Shown: positions 54,244 to 64,000 of the stretch, piece after piece
Layout: every line of letters begins with the position of its first letter
Numbering within the stretch: the stretch's first letter is position 1
Assembly (NCBI GenBank): GCA_002269645.1
Contig: NIVC01003432.1
Coordinates: 1-64,000, forward strand
DNA: 64,000 nt
Reading direction: 5' to 3'
Source of the DNA: Macrostomum lignano
Lineage: Eukaryota
Notes under the pieces: model-generated
Told to the model about the DNA's origin: nothing
Database searches by the model: none
The model's input: only the letters and a program-made list of their open reading frames with translations
Position numbers and translations under genes: made by a program

Positions 54244-54444
54244 GACTGACTGACTGACTGACTGACTGACTGACTGACTGACTGACTGACTGACTGACTG
54301 ACTGACTGACTGACTGACTGACTGACTGACTGACTGACTGACTGACTGACTGACTGACTGACTGACTGACTGACTGACTGACTGACTGACTGACTGACTG
54401 ACTGACTGACTGACTGACTGACTGACTGACTGACTGACTGACTG
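54244..54444. repeat. (GACT)n microsatellite, about 50 units
   Basis: Directly visible. Confidence 0.98.
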
Positions 54445-54482
54445 AAAGACACGAGACCTCAGACAGATGCTAGGACGCAAAC

Positions 54483-55140
54483 TATACAGACACTTGTACA
54501 GACAATACAGACACTATTACAGACAGTATACAGACACTAATACAGACAATACAGACACTAATTTAGACATTACAGACACTAATTCAGACAATACAGACAC
54601 TGATACAGACAATACAGACACTGATACAGACAATACAGACACTGATACAGACACTACAGACACTGATACAGACAATACAGACACTGATACAGACACTACA
54701 GACACTGATACAGACAATACAGACACTGATACAGACACTACAGACACTGATACAGACAATACAGACACTGATACAGACAATACAGACACTGATACAGACA
54801 CTACAGACACTGATACAGACAATACAGACACTGATACAGACACTACAGACACTGATACAGACAATACAGACACTGATACAGACACTACAGACACTGATAC
54901 AGACAATACAGACACTGATACAGACACTACAGACACTGATACAGACAATACAGACACTGATACAGACACTACAGACACTGATACAGACAGTATGCAGACA
55001 CTGATTCAGACATTACAGACACTGATACAGACAGTATGCAGACACTGATTCAGACATTACAGACACTGATACAGACAGTATGCAGACACTGATTCAGACA
55101 ATACAGACACTGATACAGACACTACAGACACTGATACAGA
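54483..55140. repeat. (ACAGACACTGATACAGACAAT)-type minisatellite
   Basis: Directly visible. Confidence 0.93.
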
Positions 55141-55963
55141 TTCTATCACTAAAACAGGCATAATTATTGCAGCTACGGCTAATTCAGTTCAGCAGGCAAT
55201 AATCTTTACTTTTACTATTTCTACTGCAGTTTAGTAAGCAATAATTGACAATTATACACGCCAGTTCCGGGTGCAAAAGTACACCTAATTGGGTGAAGAG
55301 CAGGTGCAGTTGCACATCTGTCTGTCCAGATTGCTTCAATCTGTTCCCAGCAGACGAGAATGCGGTATTCGAATTTCGAATCCCTTTATAAACCAAAGCA
55401 AGTCTGTGTAGAAGAAGGTCAAAAAGTAAATGTAAATATTAACCCAGCTTCGCATTTTACTGTTGCCATGCAAGATGAAGCTTGCTTGCGAGAAAAACTC
55501 GAAAAAACCCATCTCTAAAACTGCACAGCTTCAGAAATATTTTCAATTTATGTTTACGCTTGTACAAACTTTTAAAGTAACATGATTTTCAACGTTTTCA
55601 TGGGGTCCTCCGTAACAGCTGGCAAAGTTTGGGTAAACAGGCGAAAAATTATGAAACTAAAAAAATCCTATAGGATGAACCTCCCTGCCGTGGCTGCCTG
55701 ACTGAGGGAAAACACCAAAACTGTAGCATTTTTTTCGCATTGGAAATGCCGAGCCAATACACAGTTTGTAAGCCAATTTCCTCAACCTGCACACTTTGCA
55801 AGGTAAAAAATTGCATTGGCTGAAATTATGCACGGTTTCCTGTGCTTCCGGTTTGTAAGCGACGCTTTTAGGTGCAGTGGCTAAGGTTTTATTGCAGCTG
55901 CGAATTGCTGCTACTTGTGCCATTAAATCATTGACTGAGGGCTAAAGCTGGATTACGAATATT

Positions 55964-56990
55964 ATGGATTGCTAATCTATAGACTGGATTGCTAATCTAT
56001 AGACTGGATTGCTAATCTATAGACTGGATTGCTAATCTATAGACTGGATTGCTAATCTATAGAATGGATTGCTAATCTATAAAATGGATTGCTAATCTAT
56101 AGAATGGATTGCTAATCTATAGACTGGATTGCTAATCTATAGAATGGATTGCTAATCTATAGAATGAATTGCTAATCTGTACATGCTAATCTATAGAATG
56201 GATTGCTAATCTATAGAATGGATTGCTAATCTATAGAATGGATTGCTAATCTATAGAATGGAGTGCTAATCTATAGAATGGATTGCTAATCTATAGAATG
56301 GATTGCTAATCTATAGAATGGATTGCTAATCTATAGAATGAATTGCTAATCTGTACATGCTAATCTATAGAATGGATTGCTAATCTATAGAATGGATTGC
56401 TAATCTATAGAATGAATTGCTAATCTATAGAATGGATTGCTAATCTATAGAATGAATTGCTAATCTGTACATGCTAATCTATAGAATGGATTGCTAATCT
56501 ATAGAATGGATTGCTAATCTATAGAATGGATTGCTAATCTATAGAATGGAGTGCTAATCTATAGAATGGATTGCTAATCTATAGAATGGATTGCTAATCT
56601 ATAGACTGGATTGCTAATCTATAGAATGGATTGCTAATCTATAGAATGGATTGCTAATCTATAGAATGAATTGCTAATCTGTACATGCTAATCTATAGAA
56701 TGGATTGCTAGTCTATAGAATGGATTGCTAGTCTATAGAATGGATTGCTAATCTATAGAATGGATTGCTAGTCTATAGAGCAGATTGATAATCTATAGAA
56801 TGGATTGCTAATATATAAAATGGATTGCTAATCTACAGAATGGATTGCTAGTCTATACAACGGATTGATAATCTATAGAATGAATTGCTAATCTGTACAT
56901 GCTAATCTATAGACTGGATTGATAATCTATAGAATGAATTTCTAGTCTATAGACTCGATTGCTAGTGTATAGAACATCAAATCTATAGCA
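55964..56990. repeat. 20-bp minisatellite (TGGATTGCTAATCTATAGAA)n with periodic TGTACA-containing variant
   Basis: Directly visible. Confidence 0.96.
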
Positions 56991-57829
56991 ACTATAATGA
57001 CTCCCGTCTCAGTGTTACTCCTACAGCCACAACAGAGCCGTCAAACAGTAAATAAGTTGGTTTTGCATCACCGCCTCAACCCGCCATCTCTAAACACAGC
57101 ATCGCAAAGCTGCACTGCAGACACTGAGGGACAGAGAGACATGCTGAAACAAAACGAATCAAGCGAAAAGTATCGGGACTTTGTCCTTCGATTCCCACGC
57201 TTCTTTTTCCCTCTCTGCCAGAAAGAAATTCTGTGGGGTAATTGTGCAATCATGTTTCCTGGGTAGCAACCCCGACCCCCCTCAGCCTGGCCTAATGGAT
57301 CATGGCGCCTCACCCTGGACACCGGATGGGAGAGGCAGCAACAGGCGCTGCAGACACTGCCACAAAATGCTTTGACAGTTTTCCAAGTCGCTTTCAGCTG
57401 ATTTCGAGAAACAACACAACTCCTGTGTTGATGAAATCTGAGAGGGGGGCAGCGCAGATGGAAGGGGCTTCTGCTGCTTCTGCTGCTGTTTCAACATTGG
57501 CCCCACTATCATTTTTCTAAGGCAGATGCCAATGCGGAATAAGAAGAATTTGAATGAGAAAATGCGCAGCTCGGGGGCGCCTCCACTCAGTGGGCCAGGA
57601 AGAAAAGTATGGCTTAAAGCGCAGCTACTGATGGATTTGCAAAAAAAGCAATATAATTCAATTTTTGCATAGCTTTGCAACTGTGCAGTAAGAATTGCTG
57701 GGCAGATTCCATTGGGGGCATTTTTTAATGGTCTGTTTTTAATGCATGCCATTCCCATTGTTGAGCCGCGTTCCAGTCTTGCAGTAAAATTATCTACCTG
57801 ATTTCATTTCGTAGCTTGTTTCCTCCATC

Positions 57830-58410
57830 TCTCCCAGGCTCTCTCCTGTTCCATATACCATACTCTCTTCTCCATCTCCAAGACTCTCTCCTACCCCATC
57901 TCCCAGAGTCTCTCCTGCCCCATCTCCCCGATTTTCTTCTGCTCCATCTTCCAGACTCTCTCCTGCCCCATCTCCAAGACTCTCTCCTGCTCCATCTCCC
58001 AGAGTCTCTCCTGCCCCATCTCCCCGATTTTCTTCTGCTCCATCTCACAGACTCTCTCCTGCCCCATCTCCCAGACTCTCTCCTGCTCCATCTCCCCTAT
58101 TCTCACGTGCTCCATCTCCCAGATTATCTTCTCCATTTCCCAGACTCTCTCCTGCTCCATCTCTTAGAGTCTGCTTCATCTCCCAGACTTTCTCCTGCTC
58201 CATCTCCCATACTCTTTTCTCCGTCTCCAAGACTCTCTCCCGCTCCATCTCTCAGACTCTCTCCCGCTCCATCTCCCAGACTCTGTCCTCAATCTCCCAG
58301 ACTCTCTCCTGCTCTATTTCTCAGAGTCTCCCCTGCTCCATCTGTCAGACTCTCCTGCTTTATCTCCCCGATTTTCTCCTGCTCCATCTCTCAGACTCTC
58401 TCCTGCTTCA
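57830..58410. repeat. Degenerate 24-bp minisatellite (CTCTCTCCTGCTCCATCTCCCAGA)n
   Basis: Directly visible, diverged. Confidence 0.85.
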
Positions 58411-58662
58411 TCTTTCAGTCTACCCAATCGCAAAGAATGAATAAAAAGCTAAAACGCTTTTATTTCTACTTACAAGCTAGCTATTAGTAGCGCATTACGA
58501 GACATATTGCATAATTTAAATTTATAAAATCTGTAAACTTTAAATTTCATAGGTTCAGACAGCCGCTCAAAAATTGCATATAAAATCACCGACAAATCCG
58601 AAGGCAAGTCGCCTATCTCAAATAATCTCAGTCCAAAATCTCACCTTCTTTCTAACAAACAG

Positions 58663-59161
58663 TCGAAGCCTCATGCATTTCAGCGGCGCCCGAGGAGGCG
58701 GCTCCCGCTCTGTCAGCGATGTTGGCAGCGACAATCGCCAAGAAACTCCGTCGACATCCGCAATGTCTAAAATTCGACAACATCAGCAAATTCAATTTGG
58801 CGGCGGCGGCGGCGCGTCGCGCGACTCCAGCCTGGAGCGTCACGTGACCTTCTCGCCGGCCACACGCAGCCCCACGGCCGGGCACCGACGCCCGCCGCCA
58901 TCGCCGGTGCCACCGTCGATGAGTCGTCGATTTGGCGCCGATGACGGCAGCGACGATGACGAGGAAGGAGAAGAAGACGATTATAGAGCTGATGAAGCCG
59001 AGCGTCGGGAAGCTGGGCATCTTCATCCGGCCAGCTTGCTGCAGTTCCCCGGTAGCTCGCTGGTCATCCCGTGCCCGCTGCCGCAGTCCTGCCCGGCGAC
59101 GCCGCTGCGTCGTTCGCGCGAGTCGACGGCGGCATCGAAGCAGCCGAGATCAACGCCGGAG
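58663..59161 (+). CDS. Exon encoding a low-complexity/disordered region (Gly, Ser, Pro, acidic stretch, RHVTF motif); possible start ATG at 58673
   Basis: Acceptor ttctttctaacaaacag| at 58662/58663 and donor GAG|gtgaga at 59161/59162 (phase 0). GC-rich open frame. The true 5' end is unresolved. Confidence 0.78.
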
Positions 59162-59329
59162 GTGAGAGATTCGATTGCGGTGTGAGATCTCAGAGAGTGA
59201 GACTCTGAGAATAGATTCCAAAAATGGATGCTCACTTTAGTGAGACTTTGCAAATTCAATCTAAAAGTGAAAATCCTTGAATGAGGCTTTCAGCAGAGTA
59301 AGATTCCTAGGATTGAGACTTTCGTAGTG

Positions 59330-59858
59330 AGATTTTCATAGCGATTTTCTCAGGGTGAGATTTTAAGAGTGAGATTTTCATAGCGATTTTCTCAGGATGA
59401 GATTTTAAGAGTGAGATTTTCATAGCGATTTTCTCAGGGTGAGATTTTCAGAGTGAGATTCCGGCAGTGAGATTCCTCAACTGCCACTACCAGAGTGAGA
59501 TTGCCAGAGTGAGATTCCCAGAGTGAGATTTCCAGAATGAGATTCCCAGAGTGAGATTCCCAGAGTGAGATTCCCAGAGTGAGATTCCCAGAGTGAGATT
59601 CCCAGAGTGAGATTCCCAGAGTGAGATTCCCAGAGTGAGATTCCCAGAGTGAGAGATTCCCAGAGTGAGATTCCCAGAGTGAGATTCCCAGAGTGAGATT
59701 CCCAGAGTGAGATTCCCAGAGTGAGATTCCCAGAGTGAGATTCCCAGAGTGAGATTCCCAGAGTGAGATTCCCAGAGTGAGATTCCCAGAGTGAGATTCC
59801 CAGAGTGAGATTCCCAGAGTGAGATTCCCAGAGTGAGGTTCCTGGAGTGAGATTCCAG
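59330..59858 (+). repeat. 14-bp minisatellite (GAGTGAGATTCCCA)n, left arm of an inverted pair
   Basis: Directly visible; degenerate copies extend back toward the donor at 59162. Confidence 0.95.
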
Positions 59859-60354
59859 CCACCTTAAGAGACAGATTTCATCCGATGAGTTTCAGGGTAT
59901 AGGAATCTTTGACTTACAAAAGTCTTGACATTGCGTGTCACAGGTAATTAAATATTTTTCTACATTTTTAATAATTAATGCAAATATTGATTTCATCTGG
60001 CAATCCTCGTAACCCAATGACTTCCGTGGACAGAACCTTCCCATAGATTCCCATGGAGCTTCCCCAAGCTAATCTCCTCGTCTCCAGTGGGCACGTGGGC
60101 TTCGTTTTCTGATGTTTCATGAGATGGGGAAAACGCAAACTAATCTTCATCAGTCAGTCACGCTGAATTTGGGTGAGGCTGAATTGGGATTCTGTTGTTT
60201 TAAAAGGGGAGATTGGGAGCAAATGACAAATCCAAGCTTTCTGAGGTCTAATCTGAGGGACACGGAAACTCTGTACGGATTCGAAATCTCCCTCCTTAAA
60301 TTGAATTTTTTAGAATGTCAGTTCAGGAGTCTCAATCTAGCAATTTCAGCCGGA

Positions 60355-61082
60355 GAACCTCACTCTGGGAATCTCATCCTAGGAATCTCACCATGAAAAT
60401 CTCACTCTGGGAATCTCACTCTGGGAATCGAACTCTGGGAGTCTCACACGGTGAATATCTCTCTGGGAACCTCATTTTGGGAATCTCACTCTGGGAATCT
60501 CACTCTGGGATCTCACTCTGGAAATCTCACTCTGGAAATCTCACTCTGGAAATCTCACTCTGGAAATCTCACTCTGGAAATCTCACTCTGGGAATCTCAC
60601 TCTGGTAAGAGAATCCCAGTCTGGGAATCTCACTCTGGGAATCTCACTCTGGGAATCTCACTCTGGGAATCTCACTCTGGGAATCTCACTCTGGGAATCT
60701 CACTCTGGGAATCTCACTCTGGGAATCTCACTCTGGGAATCTCACTCTGGGAAAATCACTCTGGGAATCTCACTCTGGGAATCTCAGTCTGGGAATCTCA
60801 CTCTGGGATCTCACTCTGAAAATCTCACTCTGGAAATCTCACTCTGGAAATCTCACTCTGGAAATCTCACTCTGGGAATCTCACTCTGGAAATCTCACTC
60901 TGGAAATCTCACTCTGGGAATCTCACTCTGGGAATCTCATTCTGACAATCTCACTCTGGGAATCTCATTCTGGGATCTCAGTCTGTGAATCTCACTCTAT
61001 GAATCACAATTTGGGTATCTCACGACGGTAATCACACCCTGTGAATTTAACTCTGGAAAACTCACTCTGAGAATCTCACTCT
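60355..61082 (-). repeat. 14-bp minisatellite (TGGGAATCTCACTC)n, right arm of an inverted pair
   Basis: Exact reverse complement of the left-arm unit. Confidence 0.95.
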
Positions 61083-61469
61083 AAGTTTAAGTACATCAGC
61101 TAGCAAAGTTTCTCTCCGGCACTGGTGTACTAATTGTGCAAGTTTCAACAACATGCAATGGCCTCCGTTAAAATGGGAGCAGATGTGAGCCCCTGTGACA
61201 GCCGCAGTCTCCCTATCCATTGATGTTTTTGTGGGAAACACGACTAAAAACCTGGATGGACGGGGGCCGACTTCCCGTGTTGAAAAGAATTGTCGAAGTT
61301 TCTTTTTAATTAAAAAAAAATTCAGCGTATACCTTACCTGCATGAGGATTAGGGCTGAAGCAATAATGCCTACTTATAATACAGTTATTGTCAGGATGAG
61401 GGCATTGTTAACTCTCTGTAGTGCTCAGTCTCGGGGGTGAGAGGCATGCAATGGACACATGAAGGGTAT

Positions 61470-61755
61470 GAGAGTCACGGGAGAGTGGGGTGAGGGTTGC
61501 AGACATCAGAATCTCATATAAGAGTCACGGGTGAAGGCATCAAACTCTCATATGAGAGTCACGGGTAGAGGCATCAGAATCTCAAATGAGAGTCACGGGG
61601 AGAGGCATCAAAATCTCATATGAGAGTCACGGGGAGAGGCATCAAAATCTCATATGAGAGTCACGGTGGTGCAATCAAAATCTCATATGAGAGTCACGGG
61701 TAGAGGCATCAAACTCTCATGAGAGTCACGGGTAGAGGCATCAGAATCTCATACG
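61470..61755. repeat. 34-bp minisatellite (TGAGAGTCACGGGGAGAGGCATCAAAATCTCATA)n
   Basis: Unit starts at 61553, 61587 and 61621. Confidence 0.9.
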
Positions 61756-62184
61756 AGAGGCACCGAGAATCTTAGCAATAATTCGAAAAGAAAACAAGAA
61801 TACCTTTTTGTACTTTCAGGTTGCCAAATTATCCGTTGTCTTCGGGCACTTTGGCTCATTAAAGGCCGTCAATTGATAATTAATGCTCATTTTTCATCTC
61901 AGATTCCTCCTCTTCGATGAGGATGTTTCAGGATATTTTTAGATAAAAACTTCGCAAATTAAGTGAATTATGTAAAACTCATAAATCAACTGAATACGTG
62001 ATCTGGAATCCTGCTATTGAAATCAGATGGTTAGATTAGTGAAATTTTATACCATAAGTAGCGAAGAAAGAAATTGGATTATTTCATAATTGAGTGCGAC
62101 AAAACCATGAATAAATCGCTGAGGAGATAGGAGGGTGAGAGAGTAGGAAGAGAAGGAGGAAGGCTTGAAATGAAGGTGGGAAAA

Positions 62185-62718
62185 GAGAGAATGAGGGAGG
62201 GAGGGAGAGGGAGACACGGAGAGAAGGAGAGAGTGAGAGAGAGGGAGAGAGGGAGAGAGGGAGAGAGGGAGAGAGGGAGAGAGGGAGAGAGAGGGAGAGA
62301 GAGAGAGAGAGGAGGGCGCCTCCAATCTCGGGCACTGACACGGTAGAAAGTCAGAAAGGACTGAAAAAAGTCAATTTAAATTGAGTAGCCGATATTTCGA
62401 AATTAAATTTCTTCGTCAGAGCTGTAAGAGAAGGAGAGAGTGAGAGAGAGGGAGAGAGGGAGAGAGGGAGAGAGGGAGAGAGGGAGAGAGGGAGAGAGGG
62501 AGAGAGGGAGACACGGAGAGAGGAAGAGAGAGAGGGTGAGAAGGAAAGATGGAGAGAGGGAGAGAGGGAGAGAGGGAGAGAGGGAGAGAGAGAGGGTGAG
62601 AAGGAGAGAGGGAGAGAGGGAGAGAGAGGGAGGGAGGGAGGGAGGGAGAGAGGGAGATAGGTAGAAAGGGAGAGGGAGAGAGGGAGACGGGGAGACAGGG
62701 AGACAGGGAGAGATGGGA
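62185..62718. repeat. Two (GAGAGGGA)n 8-bp arrays (about 62185-62312 and 62430-62718)
   Basis: Directly visible. Confidence 0.9.
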
Positions 62719-62763
62719 GAACTCCTACAGCAATAGCTGTTCATCATTATCACCATTTCACAG

Positions 62764-63294
62764 CAGGATCAGCTGAAGAGGACCGTCAGCAGTTCGGCTG
62801 GGATCCCCAGACCGGGTGAAATTTTCCCGAGCATCGCGGCTCCGGCTCGACTGCCACAGGATGGGGCCGAGGTCGATCACCTGCTCCTGACTGACTGCTT
62901 CGATGCCCAGCATCCATTGCTGCTTTTTATCTTGCCGCCATCGAAGCGGACCCAGCGCGATCATCTAGCAAACTCGGTGTTGCAAACTTTCTCCAATCGA
63001 GTTGACGAATTTACCAACTGTCGCCTGATTGGTCGACTCTGTAGTCATGGTGACACCGAGGAACTCGGTGCGGTAGCTTTTCCAATACTGGTGGACCTGT
63101 CGGGTCGTGTTGATGGAGCCTGCGGACTCGGTGATAACTCGACTGTCTGTGGAATTTTCGCTCTGAGCTGCGTGGATTTTGGAGGCGACAAGCGGGCGAT
63201 TCTGCAGTGGTCAGCGCTGTTTGCCGCTGTTGATGGAGCTCTGAAACAGCCTGATGGATGGGTGGAGCTTGCGCTGAAGATGCTTTCTGGATGA
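62764..63294 (+). CDS. Terminal exon encoding a peroxiredoxin (AhpC/TSA)-like domain lacking the catalytic residues
   Basis: Acceptor catttcacag| at 62763/62764 (phase 0). Open frame to TGA at 63292-63294. Segments GEIFPSI, LLLFILP, FSNRVDEF, FPILVDLSGRV, CGIFAL and VELALKML are collinear with recalled 2-Cys Prx motifs (GKPAPDF, VVLFFYP, FSNRAEDF, IPLLADVTRRL, RGLFII, VDEALRLV). Confidence 0.75.
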   Translation, partial: QDQLKRTVSSSAGIPRPGEIFPSIAAPARLPQDGAEVDHLLLTDCFDAQHPLLLFILPPSKRTQRDHLANSVLQTFSNRVDEFTNCRLIGRLCSHGDTEELGAVAFPILVDLSGRVDGACGLGDNSTVCGIFALSCVDFGGDKRAILQWSALFAAVDGALKQPDGWVELALKMLSG

Positions 63295-63485
63295 CAGCAC
63301 AGCGAATTCGAAAAAGGTACAAATCGACTTTTGAGTTTTTGACGTCTTACAACTGAAGTTTGTGTCTTCAGTGGAATGATATTACGAACAAATTGTCTGC
63401 ATATTTTATGTGCACAATAGTCAGCGGAGCCTGCAGCCCTCCTGCGTATTTTTAATTTATTCTGTGTGGTGGTTTCTCGTCTCAA

Positions 63486-63491
63486 AATAAA
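63486..63491 (+). promoter_or_regulatory. Candidate poly(A) signal AATAAA for the Prx-like gene (another at 63631-63636)
   Basis: Hexamer about 190 nt downstream of the stop. Confidence 0.35.
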
Positions 63492-64000
63492 TCGATAGTT
63501 AAACAGTTCGATTTCTTTTCCAGGGTGAACTGGGCTGCTCACACCAAGAAGAAACAAACCAAGGATTCACAGCTAGTGAAACCACTGCCTATACCGATCA
63601 GTCCCAGACAATACCTATTGTACGTACTTGAATAAACGTTAAATTATCGAAGAGAGCTTATGAATTACACAATACATTTTCCTAGATGTGTTAGTCATGC
63701 GAGTAACTGAAGTCATTCCATTTTCATAAATTTTTCAAGTAGTTAGTCGGATTTAGAAAATATCAAGTAAGCAAAATGTGCATCAGCTTTCTTACCGCGC
63801 ACTTTTATCGAATAATAGTCTATGTTTCATGCTAGAATTTCTCTCACGGATGGGCCGCATAGTGCCATAGACTAAAAAAATACACTTTAACAAACTTAGG
63901 TAAGGAACAGCTATAATAAGCTGTTTTTTAATTAGCGTTGACCCCTCCATGCATAAAGTTGACGATGACTTGTTTAATTTGGTTGGAGCGATTAAGGCGA

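Noticed and set aside
55184-55396. Possible LINE/RT remnant ORF
   Set aside because: No recognisable RT or endonuclease motifs by eye.
57230-57620. GC-richer segment with short ORFs, possible upstream exon of the Prx-like gene
   Set aside because: No donor found in the phase (2) required by the acceptor at 58663 and no recognisable protein; may be UTR.
61805-61920. Strong-looking acceptor TTTTTGTACTTTCAG|G at 61819/61820
   Set aside because: Phase 0 and phase 1 readings hit stops and there is no good donor, so it cannot rescue the frame of the 85-nt candidate exon.

Overview
Eukaryotic (metazoan, plausibly flatworm-like; taxon is inference only) genomic DNA. Short GC-rich exons sit in AT-rich or repeat-filled introns, and about 60% of the window (hand estimate) is made of some 40 micro/minisatellite arrays. 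Almost every long ORF in the supplied track is a translation artefact of those arrays. Three spliced genes can be rebuilt by hand with GT-AG junctions and matching phases. (1) + strand, 5'-truncated synaptotagmin-like tandem C2A-C2B protein with 5 exons (1499-1708, 5975-6198, 12134-12571, 18591-18711, 18860-19182). (2) - strand, complete 7-cadherin-repeat protocadherin-like gene with 8 exons from 43989 to 25225, about 1182 aa: signal peptide, TM helix, C-terminal SSFV. It carries a 1-nt frameshift at the G4 run 41076-41079 and a 58-nt exon missing from the ORF track. (3) + strand gene (58663-59161 joined to 62764-63294) encoding a disordered N-terminus with an RVxF-type motif fused to a peroxiredoxin-like fold that lacks the catalytic Cys and Arg. 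Main highlights: the pseudo-peroxiredoxin; a 5x tandem duplication of a real splice donor; arrays that mimic splice signals in the sense strand; an inverted minisatellite pair (fold-back) enclosing a candidate poison exon; and a recurrent ATCCC element upstream of T-poor acceptors. No tRNA, rRNA, CRISPR array or intact transposon ORF could be supported.
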